64,000 nt of DNA from Callorhinchus milii (Eukaryota): positions 82,090,001 through 82,154,000 of the forward strand of contig NW_024704742.1 of the NCBI RefSeq assembly GCF_018977255.1. Reading direction: 5' to 3'. Of the stretch, positions 53,685-64,000 are shown piece by piece (position 1 is the stretch's first letter; each line of letters begins with the position of its first letter). The notes beneath the pieces were generated by a model. That model ran no database searches and was not told where the DNA came from. It worked only from the letters and a program-made list of their open reading frames with translations. A program made the position numbers and the translations under genes.

Positions 53685-54205
53685 CTGGGGTCATGTTTGG
53701 CAACGGAATGTCGGTATCAAGCCCACCCTCTGTGACAGTGCCTTGTTAGTCCAGTTCCTGAGTCAGGAGGCTCTGCAGTATTCCAGGGCACTGCTGACGA
53801 CATCCAGGCTGGCTCAATGGCAGGATTTGGAAGGGCAGATAAGTCAAGGGATTCTTCCCATTCAGCTTCTGTTAATCATGCAAGCCAAAGCCTAACGTGT
53901 AGGGTGATCCTAGCTAGACAAGCATAATTATTATTATTATGAGCAGCGGGAAAGCTTGCCACACAGTGCTATCAATGGCAAGCTATTATTTTCAGCAGGT
54001 TAGATTCCAGCAGTACCTCAACACACACTCTGGATCACCAAGCCTTGGCTCTTATCAATGTGTCTCTGATACTCTCTGGAATTAGAAAAACAGGATGCAT
54101 CCCTCCATGGAGAGTGCATATTTCATTCCAATAAATATTTCAGGAATTTGCATGTGGAAATTTTGTTTGGTTTGGATATTCTTAAGCATGGTGATGGGTT
54201 TCCGC
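53685..54205 (+). repeat. Unclassified interspersed repeat family, longest copy
   Basis: Collinear blocks shared with 6670-7000, 31085-31560, 11515-11590 and 58430-58560. Confidence 0.75.
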
Positions 54206-55023
54206 AAGATTGTGCTTCTCAGCAAAAATAAGACAGTCACTACACAATTACCTCTGAAGCACTTTGAGATGCTTTGACATGATAAAATGCTGTGGAACTG
54301 CAAGTCCTTCCTTTATGCAAACTGTTCTGATTTGTAAATTAGAAGTTAATTGACAGAAATGCCACTGCTTCTCCCTGATTGATTGAATGTGCTGTGCTGA
54401 GAGCTGCAGGAAGAGCCCAACCTTCACTGTTCACCCCACATCACAGAAACCACAACACAGAAGGAGGCCATTCGACTCATTGAACCTCAAGTGGCATTAG
54501 CTCATTCACTAGGACTAACTGCTTTAATCGGATTTCCTTACTCTTTCCCTGTCGTTTTTTTATTTGCCACAATAGCAGTTCATTTACAAATTGTCAACAC
54601 AATTTACATTAAATCTTGCCAAGTGCAAGGATTAAGTTATAGCTTCTAGCTTGCAGAAATTTGTTACTTTTTTAAAAAAAGTTAAGTTGGCATTGTGGTC
54701 GAAGATGATGTCCCCTGTTTTCCCTCCCCACACACACAAAAATGTGCTTGGTAAATGAGTGCTGTTTTCACCATATAGGCTTGGACAGTGCTGCCCCACT
54801 CCTCTCTTGATTGATCGAATCGAGGGACTTGCTGTGCCTCCGGCAGCTGTAGGTTTCCGCCTGTAATTAGACAGCTCCCAGAACACAAGACAGATTTTCC
54901 AAAGATGGACGGCATCATCTCTAACCTTCTCCACTGCCAGAAACAGAAGTGGAGAGAAACAAACTGCTATGGCTTTTTTAACTAAAAAATCAGTGTTTTA
55001 GTGCCTGGTTTACACTTTATGCT

Positions 55024-55466
55024 GCCAGCATGGCTCAATTGGTATCATCCGTACCTCTTAGTCAGAACATTGCAGATTTAAGCCCTGCATTGCGACATTG
55101 AGCTCATAGACTGGGCTGGCAATCCAATTCAGGCTGGGGTGTGCTGCATAGTTGGAGGTGCCATTCTTTGGATGACGTGTTAAACTGAGGTCCCTTCTGT
55201 CTGTCTGTTAACAGTGGACATTAAAAATTCCATGGATATATTCACAAGAGAAGAAAGTTTTTCCAGGTGTGCTGGTCAACAAATCTCCTAAATGAAAAAA
55301 ATCATTAATTTTACGGCTGTTTTTGTGATATTGCTCTGAACAAATTGGCTGTCATATTTGCCTACAAAATGCACAGTAACTACACTTTACAATATGACTG
55401 CTGAAGCCCGTTGACCATCTTTCTAATGTGAAAGCTACTATTCCAAATGCAAGGATCATCATTATT
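55024..55466 (+). mobile_element. Near full-length DeuSINE-like SINE
   Basis: Head tggctcaattggta..., centre gctgcatagttggaggtgccattctttggatgacgtgttaaactgaggtccc, tail aaatgcaaggatcatcattatt. Confidence 0.8.
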
Positions 55467-56629
55467 CTGTTGAACATTTAGCTTAAAATCAAACGGCCTG
55501 CTCCAAAGCCTGAATATTGGCTCCCTTGCTCTTTACAAGTCAACAAAAATATGCTTATTAAGTCGCAAAGTTTTGACAAAATGTAGTTTCGCTATTTTTG
55601 GGGGTGGGGGAGAGTTTTTTTTAAAAAAAGTCAATTTCACAAAGATTTTGGAGGCAGGTATTCGATCAAGTCAAGAGTTGAAGCTGGAGCAAGGCTGACT
55701 GGTTGAGTCTGAACTGTTTGTTGGAGTCCGGAGCAGCAGGTTGGGTCAGCCTGGGAGCGGGAAACAGGAGCACTGGGAGGGGATCTAGAGCCGGGAGAAT
55801 TAGTAGCAGCAGCTAGCTCAAGCTGGGAAGTGTGGTCTGGAGCAGTAGGTCCATCCGGTGTGCTAAACATACACAATGTGTGAGTGTCCTGGGTTACATC
55901 GTGTTTTCTACACTTGTTTCTATGCCAAAATTATAATTTTGCATGCTGCTCATGCTCAGATGCTTCTGTTGGTGAATTCAGCGCTACTGAACTTTATGTA
56001 GGGCAGATATTTGCCCTACATAAGGTTCATTAGTTTACACTTATGATTCTTTACACTTAAATCTATGATTCTATGATACCTGTTCTGGTGAGGCAGTCGC
56101 AGTGGTTACAAATAGCGCTAACGGTTTAAAACAGCCGCAGAATATCAAAGAAGCTGCTGCTAATTAACAGCTGGCACATTGCACTGTTGCTGTGTTCCCC
56201 TCCTCTGCCTGTCTGCAAGTAACAACCATCTGTTTTGTTGTTTTATTTACACAAGGTGCAAGATTTTTAAATGTCAGTCTTTATAAACCATGGCAGCAAC
56301 TCATGTAGGCTGATTGGAGGTAGGCCATCTAGTGCATCTCAATAAGAGGATTTCCCCCCTCAAACGCTCCCTTCTTTCCTCCTTTGTTCCCATACCTCCT
56401 TTTTTTATTCTCCTTTTTCATATTGGCCAACTCTCCAACCGTTTTCCTCCACCCCTTCCCCCCACCCCCTTTCTCTCCACCTAAACTCCTTTGGTTCATT
56501 AATGGATTAGATGCTTGAATATCTGTCACCAAATCTATTTCTTCTGAAATCACTTTTGAAATTGGAGCTGGCCAGGAGAGCATGGTCGATCAAGGCCCCA
56601 GCACTAAGGTAAACTACACCCAAAGTTGC

Positions 56630-57197
56630 TATAGTTTCTAGTCCCAATTTGTGCTAAATTTGCTGATCTCAGCCAAGTCCTGTTTTGGGTGATCTGAGAA
56701 GGGAAAATCTGCTCCTGATCAGCATTGTGAGATCCCTGCAGGATGTGCACTTCTATGGCTGTCAGGCATGACAGATGGCTGGAGGAAGCTCAGATCTCCC
56801 CCCAAATAGTTTTGGTTAATCGAATGTTATAACCGAAGAGGGACATTGCTCTCCGTGGTGTGTAATGGGTTGTAATGTAAAGTGAGTGAGCAGTCAGTGA
56901 GTTGAGTGAGCAGAAGTTGGATCCAGTACCAGAACACACACAAACAGACAGACATACACATGCCTACTCCGCAGCCTTCAGCGAAGTGCCATCAGGATGT
57001 ATGAGCAGAACACGGCTCAGCTCCACTCCCCACAGAATTTTTCACCCGCCACCTATGTTGTCAGGTGGGAGCAGAATTGGTCTTGACTGTGATTTCCCCA
57101 CAGTCACACAACCTGTCGACACTCTGTGTCAAAGCTCACACTTCAATGATTTGGCAGGATGCCAGTGATTACTGAGGAACCATACCCCAGTGGAATG
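56630..57197 (+). mobile_element. Two LF-SINE-like fragments (56630-56810 and 57055-57197)
   Basis: tgtgctaaatttgctgatctcagcc...gggaaaatctgctcctgatc...ccctgc; and ctgtgatttccccacagtcacacaacctgtcgacactctgtgtcaaagctcacac...ggaaccataccccag. Confidence 0.6.
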
Positions 57198-57234
57198 AAA
57201 ACTAAAATGTTTTCAGGAGAGGGGAGGATACAAA

Positions 57235-57815
57235 ATAATGATATTTGCCCTTACATTTGATACAGCTCCTTTCACATCAGAAGACATCAAAATATTCCCT
57301 AGGATTTGCTGTAATATGTAGTGAATGTATATCTTGTAGGCAAACACGGTGGCCAATTTGCACCCAGTAGTATTCCACAAACAGCCATGGAGCGAATGAT
57401 CAATTTTATCTGGGGGATTGTCCTGCCCTCTTTTAAGGCACGTCTCGAAACATAACCATGGTTTCAGTAAACTTTTCTGTCCCCATCCCTTCCCTGTATC
57501 CCAACCCCAACGGTGAAGCTCTCTTTAAGACATCCTGCCGACATGAAAGTCACAATATCAATTGGGTTGTTGGCCAAGGCACCGGGAGAATCTCCCTTCA
57601 CTTTTTGAATAGTGCCATGGGATCTTTAATGTCCAAGTGAACAGGTAGACAGGATCCGAGTTGAATCCAAAGGCCAGCATTTCCAATAATACAACCTACC
57701 CCCATCACTGCATTGTCCTGTCAGCCCAGACTATGAGTTCAGAGAGCTGACATAGGGCTTGAACTTTGAACTTTCTGACTCGAAGATGACAGTGCTACCA
57801 ACTGAACCAGGCTGA
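57235..57815 (-). mobile_element. DeuSINE-like SINE with an L2 3' fragment inserted (~57420-57560)
   Basis: ttggccaaggcaccgggagaatctccc...agtgccatgggatctttaatgtcca...agtgctaccaactgaaccaggctga. Confidence 0.75.
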
Positions 57816-58429
57816 GAAGGAAATGGGAGGAGAAAAACTAGTAAATAAACAAAAGTAGGAGAACAATCTTGACTTGAATTTGACTGAAGCGGGTCGCACA
57901 AAATGGCTTAATTTGCAAGATTCCATTCTAAATTGAAAAATGGTATGAATATAATAAATATATTACTAGTTGCATTCACATAAAAGTTATGTTAATACAA
58001 AACAGTGTCAGGAAAATAAAGTATCTGCATAATGCAGTAAAGCAAGTACAAGGCTGTCTTCTCTGACTGCTGTGGAATACATTGATCCTAATGCGCATTT
58101 GAAGTGGGATATTTTAACGTTTTAACAATGTAATACAGTCCCTCAGCCCCAGTTTGAATACACACTCTCGATGAGAGCTGTCACCTCAATGCAACACTTA
58201 ATTTACCTGCTCGTATTACAGAAGAGGTGGATGTGCAAAGTGTCACCAACTCCTAATGGCTTGAGAACTGAAGAGATTCCAATGACCAGTTTTACTGGTG
58301 GTTTTAGGGGCACTGGGATTCCAACCCATGGCCACAGTACAATGAAGCGAACTTCCTGACTCCAATTCTAAAGAAACCATAGCCATATTAGCAATGTTCT
58401 CGTTTATTAATGTTGGATTCTATTCAAGA

Positions 58430-58560
58430 TACAAGGAACTTTCCATGTGTAGGTGGTATACATTAGTGGAATTCTCAGTCTGGTTTGAATACCCTTAAGT
58501 ATGGTGATGGGTTTCTACCTTTGTCAGACACTTGGCTGACTCAAAACATTCCACCAACAT
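58430..58560 (+). repeat. Unclassified interspersed repeat family, 3' fragment
   Basis: ttccatgtgtaggtgg...tggtttgaatacccttaagtatggtgatgggtttctac...gtcagacac matches 11515-11590, 31470-31545 and 54150-54205. Confidence 0.7.
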
Positions 58561-58660
58561 AGAAGCTACAGTATACCTTATGAATGGCCACCTCTGTATG
58601 GTTCATCTTTTGAGGAGTCATCTAACATTGGTTCAAGCAGAGAGTAAAAAAAGGACAGGT

Positions 58661-58965
58661 AATAATAATCCTTGCATTTGATATAGCGCTGTTCACGTCT
58701 TCTAGACAACTCAAAGCGCTTCACAGAATATACTGTAAAGTGAATTGATGGTATATTTGTTGGCGAAACGTGGCAGCCAATTGTGCTCAGCAGTGTCCCA
58801 CAAACAGTCATGGATTGAAGTGACCAATTTATTTTTTTTTCTTGAGGGATTATTACCAGGCATGTGGGATAAGGAAACTTGCCCAAGGTTTCGCCCAGCC
58901 AGGAATTGAACCCAGGTCTCTCACTTGCATGGCGAACACACTAACCAGCTAGTTACAGCTCTCCT
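58661..58965 (-). mobile_element. Young SINE with internal deletion
   Basis: Tail at 58661-58830, head at 58875-58965. The body jumps catgcct|ggtaataatccctc, lacking the gtttacctagc...gatcac block seen at 24390-24450. Confidence 0.85.
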
Positions 58966-60509
58966 AATAGTGTTTCACCCACAAAATATACTTTACAGTA
59001 CATTCTGCGAAGCACTTTGAGCCATCTCAGTGACGTGAGGTGCTATATCAAATGCAAGGATTATTATATATTATTAAAAGTTCTGGGTTTCAAAGCATCA
59101 AAAACTGTGCAAAGCCATATTTTTGAACTTTGCAATGAAGTGGACCCAGGTAATCTGCCAGTTTGCCGTTAACTTTTTTCCTTGTTAGCACGGTATCAGC
59201 TGGGGAGTTCACTCTTCACAAGCTTGAAACATTTCACCAACACTCTGACACTGGTGAGGGGAACTCTGCACACGTCTGCTCAACACAGGTCCAGAGCTTT
59301 GCTCTTCTCCGTGCACAGAATGGAGCTGAGATGGAAGGTTATCTCAGAGTCTGTGGCTTACAATAGTCTAAACCCAGGACACTGTAATCAATAGAACTGG
59401 GGCATCTGTGTTTCCCACAACGTACACAGTGACAACACTTTACAGTAAATCCTGTAAAGTGCTTCGAGACCTGAACCGCACCAAATCAAATGGAAGAACA
59501 ATGATTATTATTAATAATAATCATATTAATTATTATAAATAATAACCATCATAATTATTATTAACCGATATTAATAATTATCAGCCTTGGGCCTTTATCT
59601 GACTTTTTTCAGGTTATTTATTTCAAGTGCTAGGTTAAGTGTTCCGAGACACTGTCCTGTGTAAAGGGCGCTATATAAATGCACGTTGTTGTTTAATTAT
59701 AAAATGGAGGAAATAAACTGCGGGAAAAACAAAATCATTCCAGCAAATTTAGTTGTTAACTTAAGTCACCTTCAGCTGTGGACTCACAGAATTCTTGCTG
59801 CAAAAATCTACTGATCTGCAAGTTGGCTGAAACCTGATAGAAAAGGACAGCAGGATAATATGCAAATCACTTCTCTGCAGGGACTTCACACCACGTGGTG
59901 CTTGTGCTTTGCTGAAGTCAGTAATATATTCTGCTGCTGCTGCTCAGTTCCAAAAATGGATCCTTCAATTACTGTCGGGATTCTCATTCATTTAATTCAC
60001 ATATCCGTACATGGTTAAAAAAAATTGTGCAGTAACAGCCTTGTGACTTGTTTCAAGTTTAACACAATGATGTACCAGTGCAAGAGATATCAGTGAAGGA
60101 CTTGCTAATAAAATAATGCAATACAACAATAAGACACAAGGTTGCCAGCAGCCAAGGCGAGCTCTTGAACCAGAAGGCTGAGGGGAAATTGGGCAGCAAA
60201 TTGCATAGATTAACCTGGACATCAAAGCAAAGCCCCTAGGTGGGTTGACCTGAGAAATTGTTAGAATATTGATTCAGGCAACTCTTGTAAATGAGAAGAC
60301 GACCACTGGCTGAGGAGGATGGGATGTGGCAGGCAAAGTATGCTGGACTCAAGCCGGAAGACTTTCCTCTTTGATCCCCCCACCGGCTCAGTGTCAAACT
60401 GGGCCATTGTTAAGCGCTGCTCCTTCCCACACCTCCTCTATGCCCACACTGTCTGAAAGGTGCTACAGGGAAAATAACTCTGGAATACAGGTTTGAAGAG
60501 GAGCCAGAA

Positions 60510-61200
60510 CGGAACCTCAGTGTCTTCTTTGTTCCCCAACTGTCCTTCAAACTCGATATCTAGGCTTTCAACATCTCTGTTTTTCCTCACCTCCACAGCA
60601 TTACCCACCTCACCTCTATCTGCCCCCACCCCCACCCAGTTGCTGAGACTCTCTTCATCTCCTACATGACCTCCAGCATTGACTACTCCAACACTCTGCT
60701 TGTCAGACTCCTCAGTCCTCTCTTGACAAGCTGCACACCATCCTAATGCCTGTATCTTCTCTCGCACCAAGCTCCACAAGCACATTACTCATTCCTGCTC
60801 TGCTCCACTGGCTCCCCTTCCCCCAGTGGATTTAATTTAAGATTCTCATCCTCATTATCATATTCCTACACTGCTTTGTCCAACACAAACTTTTGGACCG
60901 TCTGTGACGATTGCCCTGGTTGTTCCCTCCGCACTGCAGACCACCTGCTTCATGTTCTCCTCTAGCTTCACCCCACCATCAGTGAGTGAACTTCCAGCCA
61001 TGCTGTCCACACTCTTTGCAACACCATCCAGCCTCGATCCCTCCCTCCTTTCCTTCAAAACCCATCTTAAGACTTAATAATTCTTCGACCATCTCTTTCG
61101 CTTCCTCTCCTCAGTTCCTACCTGAAGCTCAGGTTCTCAGTAAGTTGTGTACGGTGCTTTAAGATGGCCTGCCAATGTGAAAGGTGCTAAATAATTAAAT
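60510..61200 (+). mobile_element. Old L2 3' fragment
   Basis: ggaacctcagtgtc...ttgactactccaacactctgctt...ctccactggctcccc...atgtgaaaggtgcta. Confidence 0.75.
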
Positions 61201-62394
61201 TGTTTTAAAAACCCCAAATGGGAACTGTCAATCTTTGTATAAGCTTTGCTGAGTATGGACCTTAATGAGTTTACAGACACTTTGTGGAGAGTAGTCCAGG
61301 TTAATGAATCCTTTCTGTTTACAGGTCAAGTGAAAGTTCTCACTCTTTGATAGCAATCTTCAAACCCTTGGTTGCTTTCTATTGCCATAAGATACCCTTG
61401 CATGGTATGGCACTTAGCAGTTGCTGTTTTCATTTATTTGTTAAAATGAACAGATCAAGACAAGATATAATATATTTTTAAACAGAACAGGGCAACATAA
61501 AATACCATGAATATACTTTGCCATTTGCTAATTAGATGTGGGAGTCTATATTCATGTGTTGAGTGGATGAGTGTTGGAGAGCTGTGGCTGACAGGCCTTC
61601 CACCAGGTTTGATAACATGAACCCAGAGGTTGGTCCCTTTGCGTTGGACTGATGTAATGATTTATAATGGAGTGGCAGCTGGAAATTAGAGCAGGACACA
61701 CAGGATTTGAGCAGAGGTAAACCTTTGTTAATGTTGCATTTAATACCGTTCTTCAGAAGTGAGAACTGCACGTGGCAGAATAAATTCAGGAAGTTGAAGA
61801 GGTGCTTGACTTGTAAACATTAAATCGATGGCTGCTAATATAACATGAAGAATGGACTTGCTTTTTTGTATAATTTTATTGTGTCAAAACCTCTCACGGT
61901 GTTTCAAAGTAATTACTGTCAAATGAAGTGACTGGTTTTGTAATAATAAAATACAAGGATAATAGTATTTGTTGCAGCGCATTAGCGTGTCATTGAATGT
62001 CTGAAAGCACTTCAAAGAATTTATTATACAGTGTATTTGTAGGAAAACATGGCAGCCAATTTACACACAGAATGCCACAATTAATTAATTTCTCTTTTTA
62101 AAAAGGTTTTATTGGATATTCAATGTTTTAATGTAGTGTTGCATTGAGGTTTTAATGTCCACCTTAACAGGCAAATGAGACCTCGGTTTAAGGCACTTCT
62201 GACAATGTAGCACTTCCCCTAACATTGTGTTGAAGTGTCAGTCTCGATTGTGAGCAAAATCTTGACAGGGGGCTTGAACCCATAATCTTCTGACTCAGTG
62301 ATGAGAGTGCTATCAACTGAACCAGTGAGCACTCGAGTGTTTGCCCAGTCTATGAGCTTTAATCCTGATGTGGGGTTTGATCCACCTTCTTTAC

Positions 62395-62708
62395 CCAGAA
62401 GTAACAGTGCTATGAAATGAAAGTAGAGTCCAATAACATAGTGGTTAGCAAACTTGGTTCCCAGTCGGGGCAAAACCTTAGTCAAGTTTCCTTACTCCAT
62501 ATGCTTCTGTTTACCCAGCTGTAAGTAGGAATTTGTGGTTATTAGTCGCTGGGGGATCGCTTTATGGGTATAAAAAAAAGAGTCACTCAATGCACAACTA
62601 TTTGTGGGGTACTGCTGTACGTAATCGGCTGCCATGTTTCACACAAAAAATACAGTCGATCGATTTTATAATATATTCGGCAAAGCGCATTGAGACATCT
62701 CAATGATA
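62395..62708 (+). mobile_element. Young SINE whose tail is split by L2 (tail resumes 63913-63952)
   Basis: agtttccttactccatatgcttctgtttacccagctgtaagtagga...gcgcattgagacatctcaatgata | tgataaggcactatatccaatgcaagg(att)n. Confidence 0.8.
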
Positions 62709-63912
62709 CTCTATCCTCCTCCACTGCCTCTCCCTTCATCTCAACGTTCATGGTTCTGTCCTTGACTGGTTCAGAACCTACCTTTCACACCATCTCCATT
62801 TTGTCTCCACAAACGGCTGCTCATCCAGTCCCTGCACCATCCCGTGTAGTGTTCCTCAGGGTTCTGTACTTGGTCATCTCCACTTCAATATCTCCATGCT
62901 CCCTCTTGGTGGAATCATCCGCAGGCATAGGGTCAACTTCCACATGTGTGGGGATGACACCCAACTCTACCTCTCTGCCTCCACCCTCAACTCTAGGACC
63001 ACTACTGTCCTGACTGAATGTCTGTCAGACATCAAGTCCTGATAAGAGCTAACCTTCTCCAATTGTACGTCAACAAGACTGAGACTCTGCTGATTGGCTC
63101 CCGTCAGCGCCTCCTCACCTCAGGTGCTGACAACATCACCCTCCATGGTTGTGCACTCCACCTGATTAAGCCAGTCTGGAACCTTGGCGTCTCATTTGAC
63201 CCTCAACTATCCTTTCTACCCCACATCCATGCCTTGATCTGCTCTGCCTTGCCCCACATCTGCAACATCGCTTGGCTCCGCCACTGTCTCTTCCCTCAAG
63301 CTCCCCAAACCCACATGCATGCATTTCTTACATCTAGGCTTGACTACGTCAACTCTTTGCTTGTCAGTCTTCTCAACTCTTTCCTCCACAATCTGCTGAT
63401 CATCCAGAACTCTGCAGCTCGTGCCCTCTCCCACATCAGGCTCCTTGACCCTATCTACGCCACCCTTGCTTGGCTCCACTGGCTCCCCATCCCCCAGAGG
63501 ATAGAGCTCAAAAACCTTATCCTTGCCTTCAAGGCCCTCCATGGCCTTGCTCCTTCTTAGCTCTGTGACCTGCTAAACCTGTATCAACCTGTCCCTCTCT
63601 CCACTCAGCAGGCTCAGGGCTGCTCCACATCCACCACCCAGCTAGCCCCACCATTGGCCGTTGGACCTTCAGCTTCTCTGCCCTCACCCTGTGGTACTCC
63701 ATCCCACAGTCCCTTTGGCTTGCTCCCTATCTTGCCTCCTTCAAGGGACATCTCGAGACCTTCTTCTACGACCACACAATGTGCCACCCTCTTCTCCCTA
63801 CCCTCCCTGCCCTCCACTCCCATGCTTGGGTTCAAATCCCTGTCTGTCCAGCACCTTGGGACGTCCTCCTGAGGTGAAAGGCACTAAACAAATGTAATTT
63901 GTTATTGTTGTT
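62709..63912 (+). mobile_element. 5'-truncated L2 LINE (RT C-half to 3' tail), possible ATGATA TSD
   Basis: NLLQLYVNKTETLLIG...VWNLGVSFD...FLTSRLDYVNSLL...LHWLPIPQRI..K.LILAFKALHGLAPS. Tail gggacgtcctcctgaggtgaaaggcac...(tgt)n. ATGATA at 62703-62708 and 63913-63918. Confidence 0.95.
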
Positions 63913-64000
63913 ATGATAAGGCACTATATCCAATGCAAGGATTATTATTATTCATTTAAAATGGTCTAACACATCTAGATTTAGAGGAAGCACTCAATGT

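Noticed and set aside
54968..54980. tatggcttttt, resembling the 5' end of miR-135; also tatagggatt at 26871
   Set aside because: The matches end after 10-11 nt. There is no precursor hairpin at 54968, and 26871 lies in a MITE TIR.
55637..55876. GC-richer 79-aa minus-strand ORF
   Set aside because: Low-complexity S/P/A peptide with no recognisable domain or convincing splice sites.
63018..63560. 180-aa ORF
   Set aside because: L2 ORF2 C-terminal remnant with a degenerate RT core upstream and a stop after LAPS.
1..64000. CRISPR array or prokaryotic/viral system
   Set aside because: No regularly spaced repeat-spacer array and no operon-like ORF density. The recurring sequences are dispersed vertebrate SINE/LINE tails.

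Overview
Gene-poor, repeat-dense vertebrate DNA, intergenic or deep intronic. The repeat mix (CR1 and L2 LINE fragments, tRNA-derived SINEs with L2-type tails, DeuSINE-like and LF-SINE-like copies, a Penelope-type remnant) suggests a cartilaginous fish, probably a holocephalan. That is an inference from recalled repeat families, not a database result. I recognised no host protein-coding exon, RNA gene or CRISPR array, though short exons could be missed by eye. The only recognisable protein-like sequences are broken CR1/L2 reverse transcriptase pieces and a degenerate PIF/Harbinger transposase fragment. The most unusual signals are: (1) two clear and one possible local duplications in which non-repetitive DNA next to a SINE reappears 3-21 kb away, suggesting SINE-anchored templated insertion; (2) a 141-bp TGT...ACA MITE with a 4-bp TSD and two kappaB-consensus sites; (3) an unclassified ~500-600 bp interspersed family with at least 5 copies; (4) a SINE subfamily carrying the tail of the local L2; (5) motif-dense candidate enhancers. 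I do not claim a new biological system. Repeat boundaries were read by eye and are approximate (about 10-30 bp) unless TSD/TIR positions are given.
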